Notes under the pieces: model-generated | The model's input: only the letters and a program-made list of their open reading frames with translations | What the model was told of the DNA's origin: nothing | Databases searched by the model: none | Made by a program: the position numbers and the translations under genes | Source of the DNA: the human T2T-CHM13v2.0 reference genome, Homo sapiens | Strand: one strand, 5' to 3' | Length of the DNA: 64,000 nt | Assembly (NCBI RefSeq): GCF_009914755.1 | Contig: NC_060939.1 | In this document: positions 12,062 through 26,200 of the stretch, piece after piece | How positions within the stretch are numbered: position 1 is the first letter of the stretch | Layout: every line of letters begins with the position of its first letter

Positions 12062-14469
12062 GTGAAGGGTGACTGAGCTCGACTGAGCCCTGCAGGGTGT
12101 TACCCAAGAGGTGAGCAGATGTCGTTTCAGAAAAGTCAAAAAGGCTCTAACAATGTAGGAAGAAGAAGCTTTTGTGACACTAAAATGGGGTTGAATAAGG
12201 CAGACTATAGCTAATGCACAAATCATTTGAAAAGCCTCTTTCTCTGGTGAATGACTCAGTCAGGGGATGTTTGAGCTTGTAAAAAATCACAGGAAGGAAT
12301 CTACTGACTCCAAGTCCAAGGTGCAGGCCTGTATTCTCCCATGGGCCAAGCAAGACTTCTGGGGAAAGATAAGACACCCTTGTCCTCATACCTTCAGCTT
12401 CTCTGTTGTCAATTACCATTGCCACATAATAATTCTGAAAGCGAAAAACAGCTCTCTTGTCATTTCAGCTCAAGCATAGCTTCTTCAATGCATCCATCAG
12501 ACTTCTCTACTCTGCACTGATCTTTCTTCTTCCTGAATCCCTTTAGCACTCATAATCTATTGTTCACTAATAAACAATTAAAAATGGCTTTATTGGTCAT
12601 CTCAGATTCTTTTTGGAATGAGTCAGGGCATTATTTAATGTTCATATTGTCCTTCGTTCCACACATGATAATCTTCTTTCTCCACATTAGTAACTCTGTA
12701 AAGGCAGAACAAATATAATTATTTTAAACCAACAAGAATCTTATTTTCTGAATTAAAATTTGGCTCATATGGGTCTGCAAGCACAGGTCCATGCGAGAGA
12801 ATAGTGGGGCAGAATATTCTACATTGGATCTGCCTCTGAACATCCACGTGATCACCACACTCTGTTTCCTGGGGTCATACTCCCACACTGGAGCCAGCAC
12901 ACTGCTGGAGTCTCCACTGCCTGTTGGGAAGATGAGAAGCATCTAGCAAATATCTTCCAGGAGCATTGGTTTTATTCCATGGTAAATAATCTACACATTA
13001 TTTACACATGAAAACATATTTTCAAGAGCAAAATGGAAGCCTTATGTTATTTTCTAAGATAAAACTTGAATGAAATTTCTTGAAGTTTCTTGAATCTTGG
13101 AGTGGGACTTTCAGGCTTCACCAACAACCCCCACCCTTCCACAACCCCCTCCTCCCCAAGCCCATGCCAAGCTCTTCCTGGAGCGCAGGTCCAGGCTTTC
13201 CTGCTCTTAGTTACCCTGTGTTCACACTTAAGAAGCACTGCTCTTCCACTCCTACAGTAAGGCAGAGGAGAGTAAGTGCTTGATAAATATTTATTGACAT
13301 ATTGATTCATTGTTCCTTCAAAATTCAGAGCAGCAAAAGGAAGTTGAAATCAAATCTTCTTTTAGGTGTAGGTGGAAAGGTCAATCAATAGTGGCCTTTC
13401 TGGCACTGGAGAAACATCCTACCATCCTACTAGAGACGTGTTCTACTTTGTCACTGTAGGTAGGAAGACAGTAATGGCTCCCTCAATGAAATGGTGATAA
13501 GAACGAGAACATGGTTCAAGAGAAGAAAAGAAGAAATTGTAGAAGGATAGAACTGGCCAAATGGCAAGGCATCTATGACAGAAAAGAGCAAGAACAGAGC
13601 AGAGCAGAGCTGAAAGAGACCAGTCTCAGAGAAGCAAACATGTTCAAGCAAAGAACCGGGCAAGTCTTGTTTTCCCTCCAAACCCAAACCTCCTAGAAAC
13701 TAACAGTTGGTTTTTGATTTCTTTGGGCTTTGTTTTTGTTTTACTTTTGTGTCTCAGAAAGGACCAGAAAAATACAGGGGCTCAGGTGAAACCTTTATGT
13801 CAGCAGGAAAAACAAGACTCAGAGAAACCACCTTGGCAGTGCGCCCTCCAGCAGTTCCCAACCACAAAGCGAGCATCCATCCTGTCTTGTTTACAGAAGC
13901 CCCAGCCAAAAACAAAATTGCCTAACCATCTTTGCCAAGGGGAACTGGGGTTAACAGTTTTTCAAAAACCTCATAATTCGATAATTTGCAAGTTACCACG
14001 ACTTCCTCCGTAAAACTGGGCCCCCATGACTAAGAGGTTTCGTTTCAGTTGCGGTATGAAGAGAAACTTGTTGCTGGGCACCATTTGTGCAGCATAAGCC
14101 CTGGGATCCCTACAGAGTCTCTCAGTAGGATTCAAATGTCTCAGGAGAGGGGTGGAGCTCATCTGGGTTTCCACATTGGCAGCCAAGGATGCCCAGTGGA
14201 GCCATCTTCTCAGATCAGGCATCCTGGTTGTGTTAGTACTTCTAACCACTATGCAATTCACCCAGGCTATCAACTTGCCTGGCAGAAATAGGTCCTTCAA
14301 GGAAAATACTAGAATTCCTCTAGGCTGCCAGCCTCCGTTTCAGAGACAGGTGGCAGAGGCTGTGAAGGGTGGCCCAAGAAGCACAAGGGTGAGACAAAGA
14401 TGAGCAGAGTGAGGCAGCAGCCATCCCCATGTGTGCTCTCCTTGTACACCCCAGGAAGGATCTTAGGGA

Positions 14470-14790
14470 TCATCCAGTCCCTGATTCTCATTAGACAGAA
14501 GTGAAAGCTGAGTCTCAAAGAGGTGAATGGTTGACTTAAGCTAGACAACAAGCTACTTGTGGGGAATAGGGGTAAAAATTAATATTGCTTTTGCTTTTGG
14601 AGAATAGTCTCAATATGTCAGTCACTTTTCTAGATGTAATTAATAATATATATTTTTAAAACTTCAAAAACCTATAGGGTAGGTAACATCTCTATTTTTA
14701 TAGCTTTGTTTTATAAAGAAGGATATATTGTCTGAGAAGTGAGTTCAATCTGGAGCCACATCTGTCTACAAAGCCCATGCTTTTTCCTCA
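14470..14790 (-). mobile_element. Two degraded MIR/MIR3 fragments
   Basis: cattagacagaagtgaaagctgagtctcaaagaggtgaatggttgact; ataggttaggtaacatctctattttata-like segment. Confidence 0.55.
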
Positions 14791-15099
14791 CCGTACCTGA
14801 TGTTCATTCCCAGCTCAGCAGGATTCATGAGACCTTCCCCATAAACTAACCCAAAGGGCAAAAGACTGGGTTGCCATGCCCTGTGGCCATGTTGAGGGTG
14901 GTGAGAGGGAGAGTGGCTATTCTTAGGGCTGTAAGTTGTACCTAAGAATATATTTGTGCATAGGAATAATTTTATAAATTAATGTTTATGTTTACCATGC
15001 AATGACTAGAACCATCATGGGTTAAATAACATTTTTTGACCCTGTAGGAACTCAAAGACATGCTCTGAGTTCCCAGTAACTGATTATCTTTAATGTGCC

Positions 15100-15210
15100 T
15101 ACTGGTGATATCATTAAAATGTAGATTTAAATTCAGTGAGGTCAGAGATTCTTCAATTCTGTAAGCTCCCAGCTAATGCTGATGCTGCCAGTCCATGGAC
15201 CACAATTTGG
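15100..15210. mobile_element. MER5A-like fragment
   Basis: aagctcccagctaatgctgatgctgccagtccatggaccaca. Confidence 0.7.
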
Positions 15211-16769
15211 GCCACATCCAATTCACAAATAGAGACTCACTCTAAATCAAAAGTTGCTAATTAGGCTGGAGTACCCTATTTCTTTTTTTAATATTGCTGA
15301 CCCCTAAGCAAGTTCTACTTATCTGTCTGAAAATTGTTGCTGTTTCCAGTGCAACAAGTCACTGCCTACAACTAATATTCCACCTTCTCTAGGACATATC
15401 TAGGCTCTGCAAAAAGATGATCTTCCAAAGCTCCACAAAGAAATGCCATTTGTGAATGCTCAGGCACACCTGTGCCTGCTGGCAGCAAGCCATTGACTTT
15501 TTCCAACAAGCAAACCAAAGCTTAACAAATTCCACTGTGGAAAGGTGAGCAGTGTGCCCCCTGCGGGCAGCTTCCCACTTCCCCTCCCATAAAATGAGGG
15601 CCTTTCAGCCCCACCTTCTTAATGAAGTGTTCAGCGAACACTCCACCGCATCCACCTCCCTTCCAACTTGTACCTCCCACAAACATTTGCCCTGTAAGTT
15701 CCTCTAACCAAGTCATCTTTTTTGTTTCCACGTTTTGTCTCTCTAGCCAAATCTTAAGTTCCTTGAGAGCAGAGACTCTGTCTAATCTCTCATTGCATCT
15801 TCCCACAAAGCCCAACCCAGTCAGTGTTGTGTTCAAATTATAGGCTAAAGAAACATGTCTCCATTCCCGGAAAGTTTTATTTTCCTGTTGTGTAAGAATG
15901 CAACTTCCATTGGGCTTCCGAAGAGTGTCTGTGAAGATCACACAGGAAGGACTCTACAATTATTATGAGTCGATAATTAACTTCTTACCAATGGTAGTGA
16001 TGGGATTGTATAAATTCACGCCAGAATTCACATCAATGGTATACAAGGATTATATGAGATAATGCATGTGAAAGCACTTGGTAAAGTACAAAGCCCTCTG
16101 TAAATGTAAGGTATTATCCTGTTGTTATTATTACTTAGGGCGTATGTTTCTAGCAGAAGTGAACAAACACAAGATCACCAAAAAATGACAGACAGCCTTT
16201 GTCTACACCTCAAACCCACTCCGCATGAAAAGGGATTCTTTTTCATTCATTCATCCTTGAATTATAAGTCAGTAAACCAAGATTCGCTCCTGAGCCAGGA
16301 AATTGAGGTAAGAGAAAAATATTGGGATGGATCTGCAAACCTAATGCTAGTATCACATGGCAACTCCCATTTCCTGAAGCTCAGGGGGAGCCAGGTACAA
16401 TTTAATATGATCAAGGGAGCTATTTCATGGGCTGAAGGAGACAGTGAGAATGACTGTCATTCACAGCAGGACAACATAATAGCATCCATGTGTTTGTCTG
16501 AATAGACACAGGCACTCCGTATGCACAGCACTTTCACCTTATTGAATAAGGCAGGCTCCCACTTGCTTGCCTCCTGCCTGCCCAGACATTCCTCCACTCC
16601 CTGCCCCGACTTTCCTTCTCACCACAGTTTCTTTATCATCCATGTCTTGGAGTGATTCTGGGCCATATATCCTGTGCACTCTTCTCCTAGAACCTCAGCA
16701 GCATCTCCCAGCTCCTCTCCCTTTGAAGATTCATATCCCATATACTTCCACATGTTACCTTAAACTCTG

Positions 16770-16969
16770 GTGTGTGTGTCTGTGTCAAACTTTCCCCTTT
16801 TATGAGAACATCAGTCCTATCAGGTAAGGGGCCTACCCTAATTCAGTATGATTTCATCCTAACAGCTAATCACACACTATTTCCAAATAAGGGTACACTC
16901 TGAGGTACTAGGGGTTAATATTTTAACATATAGATTTGGGTGGGGGAGGGGGCAATTTAACCCATAACA
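16770..16969 (-). mobile_element. Truncated MaLR LTR (MLT1A/B/C-like)
   Basis: ctatttccaaataagggtacactctgaggtactaggggtta...ggggcaatttaacccataaca (LTR terminus); the other end is missing. Confidence 0.75.
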
Positions 16970-17129
16970 CTTGGTCTTGGTTACTTGGGAATCTCCAACC
17001 CCCAGCCCCGCATCAGCCAGCTCATGTAGCACATGTGGATCACACAACAACTCTGACTGTAGTCAAGAATGTCCATCAATGAAGCTCTGCTCATACAACT
17101 CTCACCATCTCATTTTATTTTCCATGATG

Positions 17130-17800
17130 TTTCACTGACCTTTCCAGATTGGTTCCCAGACAATTGGCAAATATACTTTATCATGCTTCACCTGGGAGTC
17201 TCCTAGACTTTCTCCCACTCACTCCTACCATTCTTTGATTTTCTCTCCTAAATAGTCCTCAAATTAGTCTCTGCTACCAGTGCCTTAACTCAGGCTCTCA
17301 TCACATCTGACTTTGATGAGAACAATAGTCTAATTTTTCTCCTTCCTTCTAGTCACCCCCGCCCCCACTTCCATCATCTCTAGTCTCCCTGCACCCTAGG
17401 ACCTCAGCAGCAACACCCAGCTTTTCTCCCTTTGAAGATTCATATCCCAAATAGACTTCCGTGAGTCACCATAAACTCAGTGTGCCCTAAGCAGACACCA
17501 GAAGTACTTTCTACAGTCACACCTGACAAGCCACTCTCACATTTAAAGCCTCTGGCGGCTCCCCACAGAGCAGATGCCATGCAGATGCCTTTGCTTCTGC
17601 ACTCAGGGCCCCGTGTAACGGAACTCCTGCCTGCCTCCCTAGCCTCACATTGTTGTCTCCTGTTTCAGCCTTTGCAGGTGCTATTCTCTCCACCCTGGGT
17701 TCCCTTCTCCTCATTGCTTTCAACCTATATTCCTCCTTATCCTTCAAAACTCAGCTCAAGGGTGACTTCTTCTGGGAAGCTTTCCCTCCACCTGCAGACT
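17130..17800 (+). mobile_element. Degraded L2 fragments
   Basis: tgccttaactcaggctctcatcacatct; cttatccttcaaaactcagctcaagggtgacttcttctgggaagctttcc. Confidence 0.6.
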
Positions 17801-17882
17801 GATTTATTCTGCTCCCAAAGAACTTCACGCTATACTTACTGCAAATCAGTGGATACCTTATCTGTCTCTTCCCACTTGGTTA

Positions 17883-18227
<345 letters not shown>

Positions 18228-18264
18228 GCACTTTGTACCCCATTTTCCCTCATTATTAGATGCG

Positions 18265-18720
18265 TATCCTGAGCAAGTTGTTTAACCTTTTTAAGTCAAG
18301 AGTTTCTCCTCTGCAATATGTAGCTAATGAAAGTGCCCACTCATGAAGTTGTTATTAGTCTTAAATTAGATAATTAATACTGAAAGCTTAGCACAGTGCA
18401 TGGCAAGTGGCATAGAATAGCCAAAACGGCTGCTGTTGTTACTGTGTGGTTACTGTGCTTGTTCTTGTCGCTATTGATTTCACAAGCACCATAGCCCCAG
18501 GAAGCAGAATGTGGGCTCTAGATTTGTATTGCTTGAAGAGTGAATTCTGGTTCCAAATGTTTATTAACCGTGTGTTCCCATGCCTGAGTCTCACTTTCTT
18601 CATGTATATGCAGATAATAATGACAACTACTTCGTAGATATTTGAGGATAAAATAAGCTACTTTTGAAGCACTTGGAACAGAACCTGGCATCTAGTATGT
18701 GCTTAGTAAATACTGGCCTC
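18265..18720 (+). mobile_element. Two adjacent MIRs
   Basis: ctgagcaagttgtttaacc...ttagcacagtgcatggca; cctgagtctcactttcttcat...gcacttggaacagaacctggcatctagta. Confidence 0.75.
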
Positions 18721-21700
18721 TAATATAACAGGCTGTCATAGAGTCCCAACAGGCTTCATTCACAACTGCAGGAAAGATTGAAAGTCAGTGCCCTAGTCTG
18801 TGAACTCCTTGACGGAGAGATCATGCACGAATCTTCGTAATTCAACCACACAGTATGCAGAAGGTGCTCAAAATTTTTTGAGAATGAATGAATGAATTGT
18901 GAATTGAGTTAACAAATACCAAGTTAAATAATGTCACTTTTTAAGAGGTCACAAATGGAGCAAACTCATTTCTTGAGAACATGGCTGGGAATAAGGAAAT
19001 GGGACAAATAGATGTTCTGAAAATGGCACATAAAAGCTCACATACTTTATTCAGAGGAATCATAAAATGTGCAAGCTGGACTGGACCTTGGTGATGATCT
19101 ATTACAGCTCCGTCATTTTGTAGATGAGAAAAATGAGCCAGCCCTCAGAACTGATTTCCTCTCCCTTTATACATCATTCTCAGAAGCTTTGTTATCTGGT
19201 TTCCTGGCCAAAGCACAATGAAAGGAGCAAATTTGGAGAGGAAAGGGAGAGAATTAGACCTATGTATACCTATGATAATTATCAAGAAATGAAATTCGGG
19301 CTTACGACAGGAAAGCTACATAAAAAGCAGACATAAAAACTGCAAAATCACCGGGGCCTGCAACATTGGCACGGCTGCAAAGGTGCTCACTCCTCAACAG
19401 ACCCTCAGCACCTGGCTGCGAGACAGCCCCAACCATGGAAAAGATTGCATGATGCTTTATAAAAGCAAGATTTTCAAGAAATTTAACTTTCTTTCATTCC
19501 CAATCATTTCTATTGGGGGCTCCTATCTCATCGAGTTGATTAGGAATTCAAATCTCAAGCTTTTATAGTATCCTCCCACCCATTCTAAGGCTCCATCAGA
19601 GATTCCAAGAAAGGGTCAATAATGTCAAAACATTGGGGTAAGTGGAGAGCAGGTCACCAGGTCCTGGGCCATGTGCACACCCAGGTTAGTAGTGAGCTCT
19701 CTGTGGCTGGCCAGCTCCCCAACACCAGCTGTGGCTCGCTGCTGCTCTGACCTGGTCTTAGAGGGTAAAGATCTTTCTTTACAGTCAGGCTGGGTGCACA
19801 CTCAATGCCTGTTTCCTTTCCAGCCTCATGATGTCTTTTTGTCCTCGTCCTCTACCTCTGTCCTCGGCTCCCCTGCTTTCGCTCCCTACCTCCTCTTCAC
19901 TCCCTCCTATCTCCTCTCTCTGCCCAACAGTGCCACTATTTGTAATCTGGGGGATTACCCTTCTTTTTTCATGGCTCTGTATCCCCAAATCCTCTTTCGT
20001 TTGCCTACTCTGTGAGTTCTCTGTGTTGTTCTAAAGGCCTCGGTTTGAGGAATACAAAAGCCAGACAGACGTATAGGCTACTTCGGCCTTCCACCCTGAC
20101 ACCTTCTTACTCTGAGACAATGAACCAAAGAAGGCTGACCCTGCTTGGAATGGGGAAAGGAAGAAAGAGAAATGCAGGGAAGAAAAAACTTTGGGAAAGG
20201 AAAAATGGATGCACAAAAAATCAAAAAAGGAGTTATTTCAAATGTTATCAAAATGTTATCCCACCACATATGTAACACTAATGCACAGTCTAGTATTCAA
20301 CAGAGTTTGTGTTCAGTTATCCAGAAAATGCATATCTGTGCAATAGTTTATTCTCATGCATCCTAAGTAAATAAGTACTTATTTATATACTGTAATATGC
20401 ATGTTACTCTATGCCTATAAGAGCACTGAGCATCAAGTTCCAAACGTGTTGCATGGAACACTCAGTACTCTCAATTTTGACTCAGGAAGAAAAGTCTTCT
20501 GTAATCAAAGCAATTTTTAAAACACCATTCTTCTTGGAGATTTAGAAAGTATCTTATAATGTTAAGGAGTCTGAGAAGTCTAAACTTGGTCCTGCCCTAT
20601 TTGACTGCAGGAACTTGATTGGATTAACATCCCTTGGAACTGATGTTATAAGGAACACACATTAGAAAGATCTGTCTGATTTTCATGCTGATGACCAACT
20701 CAAGGTGAAGAAAGGAAAGAAGTTTTCTGTGGTGTGTATTGAAAACAGAGATGCAGATTATGTGAGTCACCACTTCCCAGGGGGCAACAAGCAATAACCC
20801 CTGGAACAGGGAGCCCTTATTTTCAACCTCAGCCTGAAGGGTTTTGTAGCCCAAGGCTCTACCTGCCAAAGCTGTCAGGTCCACTTTCTAGTGAGTAGCA
20901 CAGGGGATGCTGAGGCTCATGTTGCAGAGCCGCAGAGAGTGAGGCCAGAGCACAGGCCCTTGCTTGGAAGTCACCCTCTCTCCAGCCAAGATGATAGCTA
21001 TTTGGATCTTCCAAAGTCATTACAGCCCATACCTGTTTGGATGCACAAGAAATCAGGAAAAAGAGTTATGTCAGATGTTGGTGTCTCTGGCATTATGTTC
21101 AAACAGAAAAAACAGTTATGTGGATTACCTCATCTTCCCTTTGTGCAGGTAGGAAAATGCTCAAACTCAAAAAGAAATGGCAGAATTGTTCTCCGAAAAG
21201 TTGAAAGGCAACAAAAACTTATGTAATAATAGGTCAAGAAAGGTGCTAAAATGTTCCAGCAGCTAAAACAGTAAGCTCATCATAAAGTTACAGGCACCAG
21301 TTCAGAGCCTCCTGACACATACTCTATATACTTGTAATTTCAGTTCAAGAACGATTATATGGATAGCTCATATGTGTTAATATTTTCCTAGGCACTTTAA
21401 GGATCATAAAATACAAAATTCAAACTTTTTACTTTGCCATCTAAGGCTCTTCATGATATAGCCACGGTCTAAGGAACTTGGAACCATATCTTGAGTCTTC
21501 CTTTTTTATACCCTATGTTCCAGGTTTAGAAGTATTTCTGCAGTTCCTTAATCTCATTGTATTTTGTTTTGTTTTTCACCATTCCATGTTATGGTGTTTC
21601 TGCCAAGGATTCCCTTTTTCTCCTGCCCACACTTCAGTCCATTGAGCAAATTTCTATTTCTCCTCCAAAATGCAAATCAAATATTAGCTCCGTTGTGAAG

Positions 21701-21799
21701 ACTTTGTAGAGTGGCTTCTGTTCCCCAGAGATTTGGTTTGTTTGTCTTCTTGGTTCTCATTTATGTTATAAATATATCTATGGTAGAAAGCATAGTAGA

Positions 21800-21990
21800 A
21801 TTTAAAAAGTAAATGAGGTTGGGCTCCTGCTCTCACACTTGGCTGTATAATATCAGGTGAGTTGCCTAACCTTTTTCTATACATTAACTGCCTCATCTTT
21901 AAATTGTGAATAATTCCCCCTTCACGTGAAGTTTAAGTGATGTAAGAATAGGTTTTGCACTGTGTCTATTACATATGAACATTCAACCAA
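21800..21990 (+). mobile_element. MIR SINE
   Basis: cacttggctgtataatatcaggtgagttgcctaacc...cctcatctttaaattg. Confidence 0.65.
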
Positions 21991-22799
21991 ATCTTTGGTT
22001 ATTACATCGTAATTAGTGGTTTTCCACTCTTTGTGCAAGTCTCAATTTGAAGTGCTGCCATATTTGTTTATATTCTTAATTCTTAGCATAGTGTTTGACA
22101 CACAGTAGGCACTCAGTAAACAGCTTCAATATAACCATTAATTAGCTAATTAATTGACGGAGAGATGAATGGGTTATGTTTCTAAGGGGGCATAATCTCT
22201 AGGAAACAAGGCAAGAATAAGGTAATAAACACACTGGGACAATGGGCTCTGAAGGTCAACAAGAGTTCAGAGCCATGAAATGCAAGACAGGCCATGGAGC
22301 TCAAAGAAGGCACCTGGGGGAGGTCCAAATGAGCACCTGTAGAAAGGACAGAATTGAGGACATAATTTAGTAGAAAGAATCAGGTAAAGCATTCTAAGCT
22401 CATTATACATGAAGGCCCAGAGCTGTTTCAGGATGAGGGAGGCCGATGCATAGTTGAAGTCTTTGGAAGAAAAGATCCACTGGGGAGGGGGATCTGAAGA
22501 TCCTGGTGATGAGCCGTGAAAGGATGAGAGTGCAGCCTGAGTCCTCAGAGACAGTCAGGGTTGAGGACACAGTGGGAAGCCTGCCCAGTCGGACAGGAAA
22601 GCACCACTTTCTCAGACTAAAGTGTGGAAGAAAGAATGGCTTTGGAGGCCAAAAATACATAACATAGAAGGAGAAGGTGGGTAAGAAAGCTCATGTGTTA
22701 GATGGACTTGATCTTCTTAGTGACATAGGAAGCAAAATTGTCTTCTGAGCTAGTGGGGATGGGAATATAAAGAAGTGATCCAGTAGACTGGTCAAGAAC

Positions 22800-23040
22800 A
22801 CATACCCTACCCCCCAGTGTCGAATCCCAGCACCATCACTGACCCGCTGGGTGGCCCCAGGAAAGTTCCTTTAACACCTCGTGACTTCGTTTCCTCATCT
22901 GTAAATGGGAAAGATCATAATACTATTTATCTTTTAGGGTCACTGGGATGATTTAATGACTTAATAATTGTTGAGCACACATGGAATAGCCTGGAATACA
23001 TTAAGTACTATAGTAGTATTTGCTATTGTTGTTGTTATTA
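22800..23040 (+). mobile_element. MIR SINE
   Basis: tcgaatcccagcaccatcact...cgtttcctcatctgtaaatggg...tagcctggaatacattaagtac. Confidence 0.85.
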
Positions 23041-24519
23041 TCAAAGGAGCCTTACAGATGTTAGGACATGATTGGACTAGCCATTATGAAAAGTGCCCTG
23101 GGAAATCAATAGGAAATCATTACTGGAAAACACATGAATATACAGTGGACATGGCCAGTGTGATCCTGTGTTTATCTTCAGCAAGCAGGGAACAGAGGCA
23201 GAGAGCAGAAAAAGTAGGAATTTCTTCCTGGGGGGATTGGGACAAAGCAGTGTAGACAGAATGCAAAATTAGAAGACAGGATTCTAGAGTAGTGATGAGG
23301 ACATTAAATAGCAAATGTGAAGTTCCAGCCAGGCAAGGAGTCAAATGAAGCTAAGTGTGGACTAATGGACTGATTATGGGCCCATGGAGTGATTCTTATC
23401 CATTTATTAAGGATAAAGTTAATGGATTTTATGCTGTAGTATAGGCAGTCTCTACTGGAAGTGTCTATTAAAGTTGGCAGTGAGAACCAAAAAGTTATTT
23501 GGCGAGGAATAGGTGTGAGATATTCTTCTGAGCAAAGGGGTGGCTCTGGAGATAGATGGTATAATTATTCTAGACTTCCTTCCCATCCATGCTTTGTCTC
23601 TCCTTCTCATCCTCACTCTGGATACACAGACAAAGCCTCAAAGCAAGACAAGACCATTATTCAGAGGAATGGAAGAACTGCTGATGCTGAGGGACAAGTT
23701 CCATCCCTGATACAGTAGAGAAAAACCTAGTCAGGAAGGCTCTGTTGGGAGAGAGGGGACATGAAGTGCAAGATCTTGCCAGGTCACCGAAGTAGGGCAG
23801 GGCAGGGAACAGTGAGTCAGTATTGGTAGACAAGCCAGCAACATGATGGCTAGCATGAAGGATGGGAGGAGGGGCTAGGCAGAGTAGGCACCGGTGTCAT
23901 TGGGATCTAAGTGGAAAAAAAAGACACCTCTTGTGATCTGGGGCAGATTATATTAACAGACAGTGAACTAGAGGAGGAAAGAACAAGGTGACTCACTCAG
24001 TGAGACAGATGTGGACTGGAGACAAAGGAGCAGAAAATAGACAACATGTTCGCTACTAAACAGTATTTCACAAAGTCGAGCAGGGAATCTTAATTTCCCT
24101 AAGATTGTTTAATGCATTTCCCTCAGCAAAATTTACCCTTCTTCCTCCTCTGTCTCTTGTCTGGGCATACAAAGATCCCTAGCCTCTGACCTCACTCATC
24201 ACACATCTCCAAAACTCAATAAATCCCCACTAAATATTTGTTGACTGACTATTGTGTCCTCCAGACAACACCTGAACCAGTACCTCCCAGAAAAGATCTA
24301 AGGCAACCAGAAAGATAAAGGAATAATGCATGTGAGAATCCATCGAAAAGTACAAAAACCCATTCAGATTCAAGGGATTATTATCATTTTCCCAGGGTTT
24401 TCTTCTCCATTAGGAGTCCCATTTGAAAAGGAAGTTCATGGACTAATTCATACCAATGTGTTAATGGTTCACCATATATTAGGCTATTAACCCACCTGAG
24501 TCGCTGGATTAACCTTTTT

Positions 24520-26200
24520 CCTCATTTTAGGAAAATGCAAAATATATTGAGGAAAAATGTTTAAATAAAAATAAAAATCACTCTCATTTTTATAATTCTG
24601 AAATAACTACAGCAACATTTTGGTGACATACTTATTTCAGTCCTCCTGCTAGATCCCAACATACATATTTGCAACATATTTTTACATAGTATGGTAAGCA
24701 GAGTAATAGTTTCCTTAAAATGTCCACATTTCAATCCCCAGCACTTGTGAAAATGTTACCCTTACATGGCAAAAGGGACTTTTGTAGATATGACTAAGGT
24801 TATGGGCATTGATATGGGAAGATTTCATGCTGGATTATCCAGGTGGGGCCAATTTAATCCTATGTGTCCTTACAAAAGGGGTACATTTCCCTGCTGAGTC
24901 AGAGAGATAGGATAAAAAAGAAGAAAAAATTCACGGTATTTAAGGAACTTGACCAGACTTTGCTGACTTTGGAGATGTAGGAAGAGGCCATGAACCAAAG
25001 AATGTGGGTGGCCTCTAGAGCTGGGAACTGCTGTCAGTTGACAGCAAGAAAACTAGGATCTCAATCCTGCATCCACAGGGAACTGAATTCTGCCAACAAC
25101 CTAAACGAGCAAGGAAATGGATTCACCCCTAGAGCCTCCAGAATGAAACACAGCTCTGCTGATACTTTGACTTTAGCCTGGTGAGACCTATGTCTGAACT
25201 GTAAAATAGTAAATTGTGTTGTTTTAAGCCATTACATTTGTGGTAATTTGTCACAGCAGCAGCAGAAAACTAATATATTTGTTTTGAAGTATACTTTATA
25301 AATTTTTTTCTTGCTATTTTTAACATCAAATTATATGAGAACTGTTTTCTCATTTCGTGTGTTTTGTGTTTTTACATTGCTTTATAGCAGTCCATCACAC
25401 AGGTTTATTGTGATTTATTTCACCATTCCCATCGTTGTTTGTTTAGGCTGCTTCTAATTTTTTGCTTTTATAATGAGCATCCTCATATGTGCTGTTTCAG
25501 TCCACAATGCTTCTTATTTTCTTAGAACTGATTTCCAGATGTGAAATTACCAGAACAGCTCATGGGGACATTTTTAATTTTTTATTCTCAATTCTAAAAT
25601 GAGTTTCTAAAAAGTATCAAGTTGTACACCCATCCAGAGTTTGGGAGTGTCTATTTTATCTTACGATCACCTGAGTTCCATTTGACTGGTTTTTAAATGC
25701 CAATTTCTTACATCATTTTATTTTGCATTTCTTTGATTGCTTGCGACATTGAACATTTATTCATATGTGAACTACCTATTTTTTTTACTGATTTTCCAAT
25801 GAAAGTCTTAGAGTTTTCATATTGATTTGGAAAAGCTTTTTATTCCTTTATGATATCAGTCCCTTGGCATATTTAATGCAAGTTCCCCCAGTTTGACATT
25901 TACCTTTTAACGGTGTTTATAATCTATCTTGACACACTGAATTCTTAACCTAATATGTGGTTAAATCTACCTTTTTCTTCCATATTTTCTTCTATTGATT
26001 TACAGAGATTTTTCTGTCTCGAAATCAAGTAAACATTTACCTATATGTCTTCTTGTATGTTAAGGGTTTAACATTTTTCTTTTTACATTTTAAGTATTGC
26101 ACAAGCCTGGAAGTTATTTTGGTTTATGAAGCTACGAAGGGAGGATTGTGTTTTTATTATTTTCCAAATATTCACATAATTTTGAATAATTTTTTTTGCC
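24520..26200 (-). mobile_element. Ancient L1ME-like LINE-1 3' portion, split by an MLT1E insertion
   Basis: T-rich degenerate L1 3'UTR/ORF2 (tttaggctgcttctaatttttgc; ttttattttgcatttctttgatt) on both sides of 24690-25277. Confidence 0.7.
24690..25277 (+). mobile_element. MaLR solo LTR (MLT1E-like)
   Basis: tatggtaagcagagtaat...ttacatggcaaaagggacttt...ggaactgaattctgccaacaacct...tttgtggtaatttgtcacagcagc...aaactaatata. Confidence 0.9.

Noticed and set aside
13636-13667. Two perfect p53 half-sites (AAACATGTTC, GGGCAAGTCT)
   Set aside because: 12-bp spacer; sites bound in vivo are overwhelmingly spacer-less, so chance is likely.
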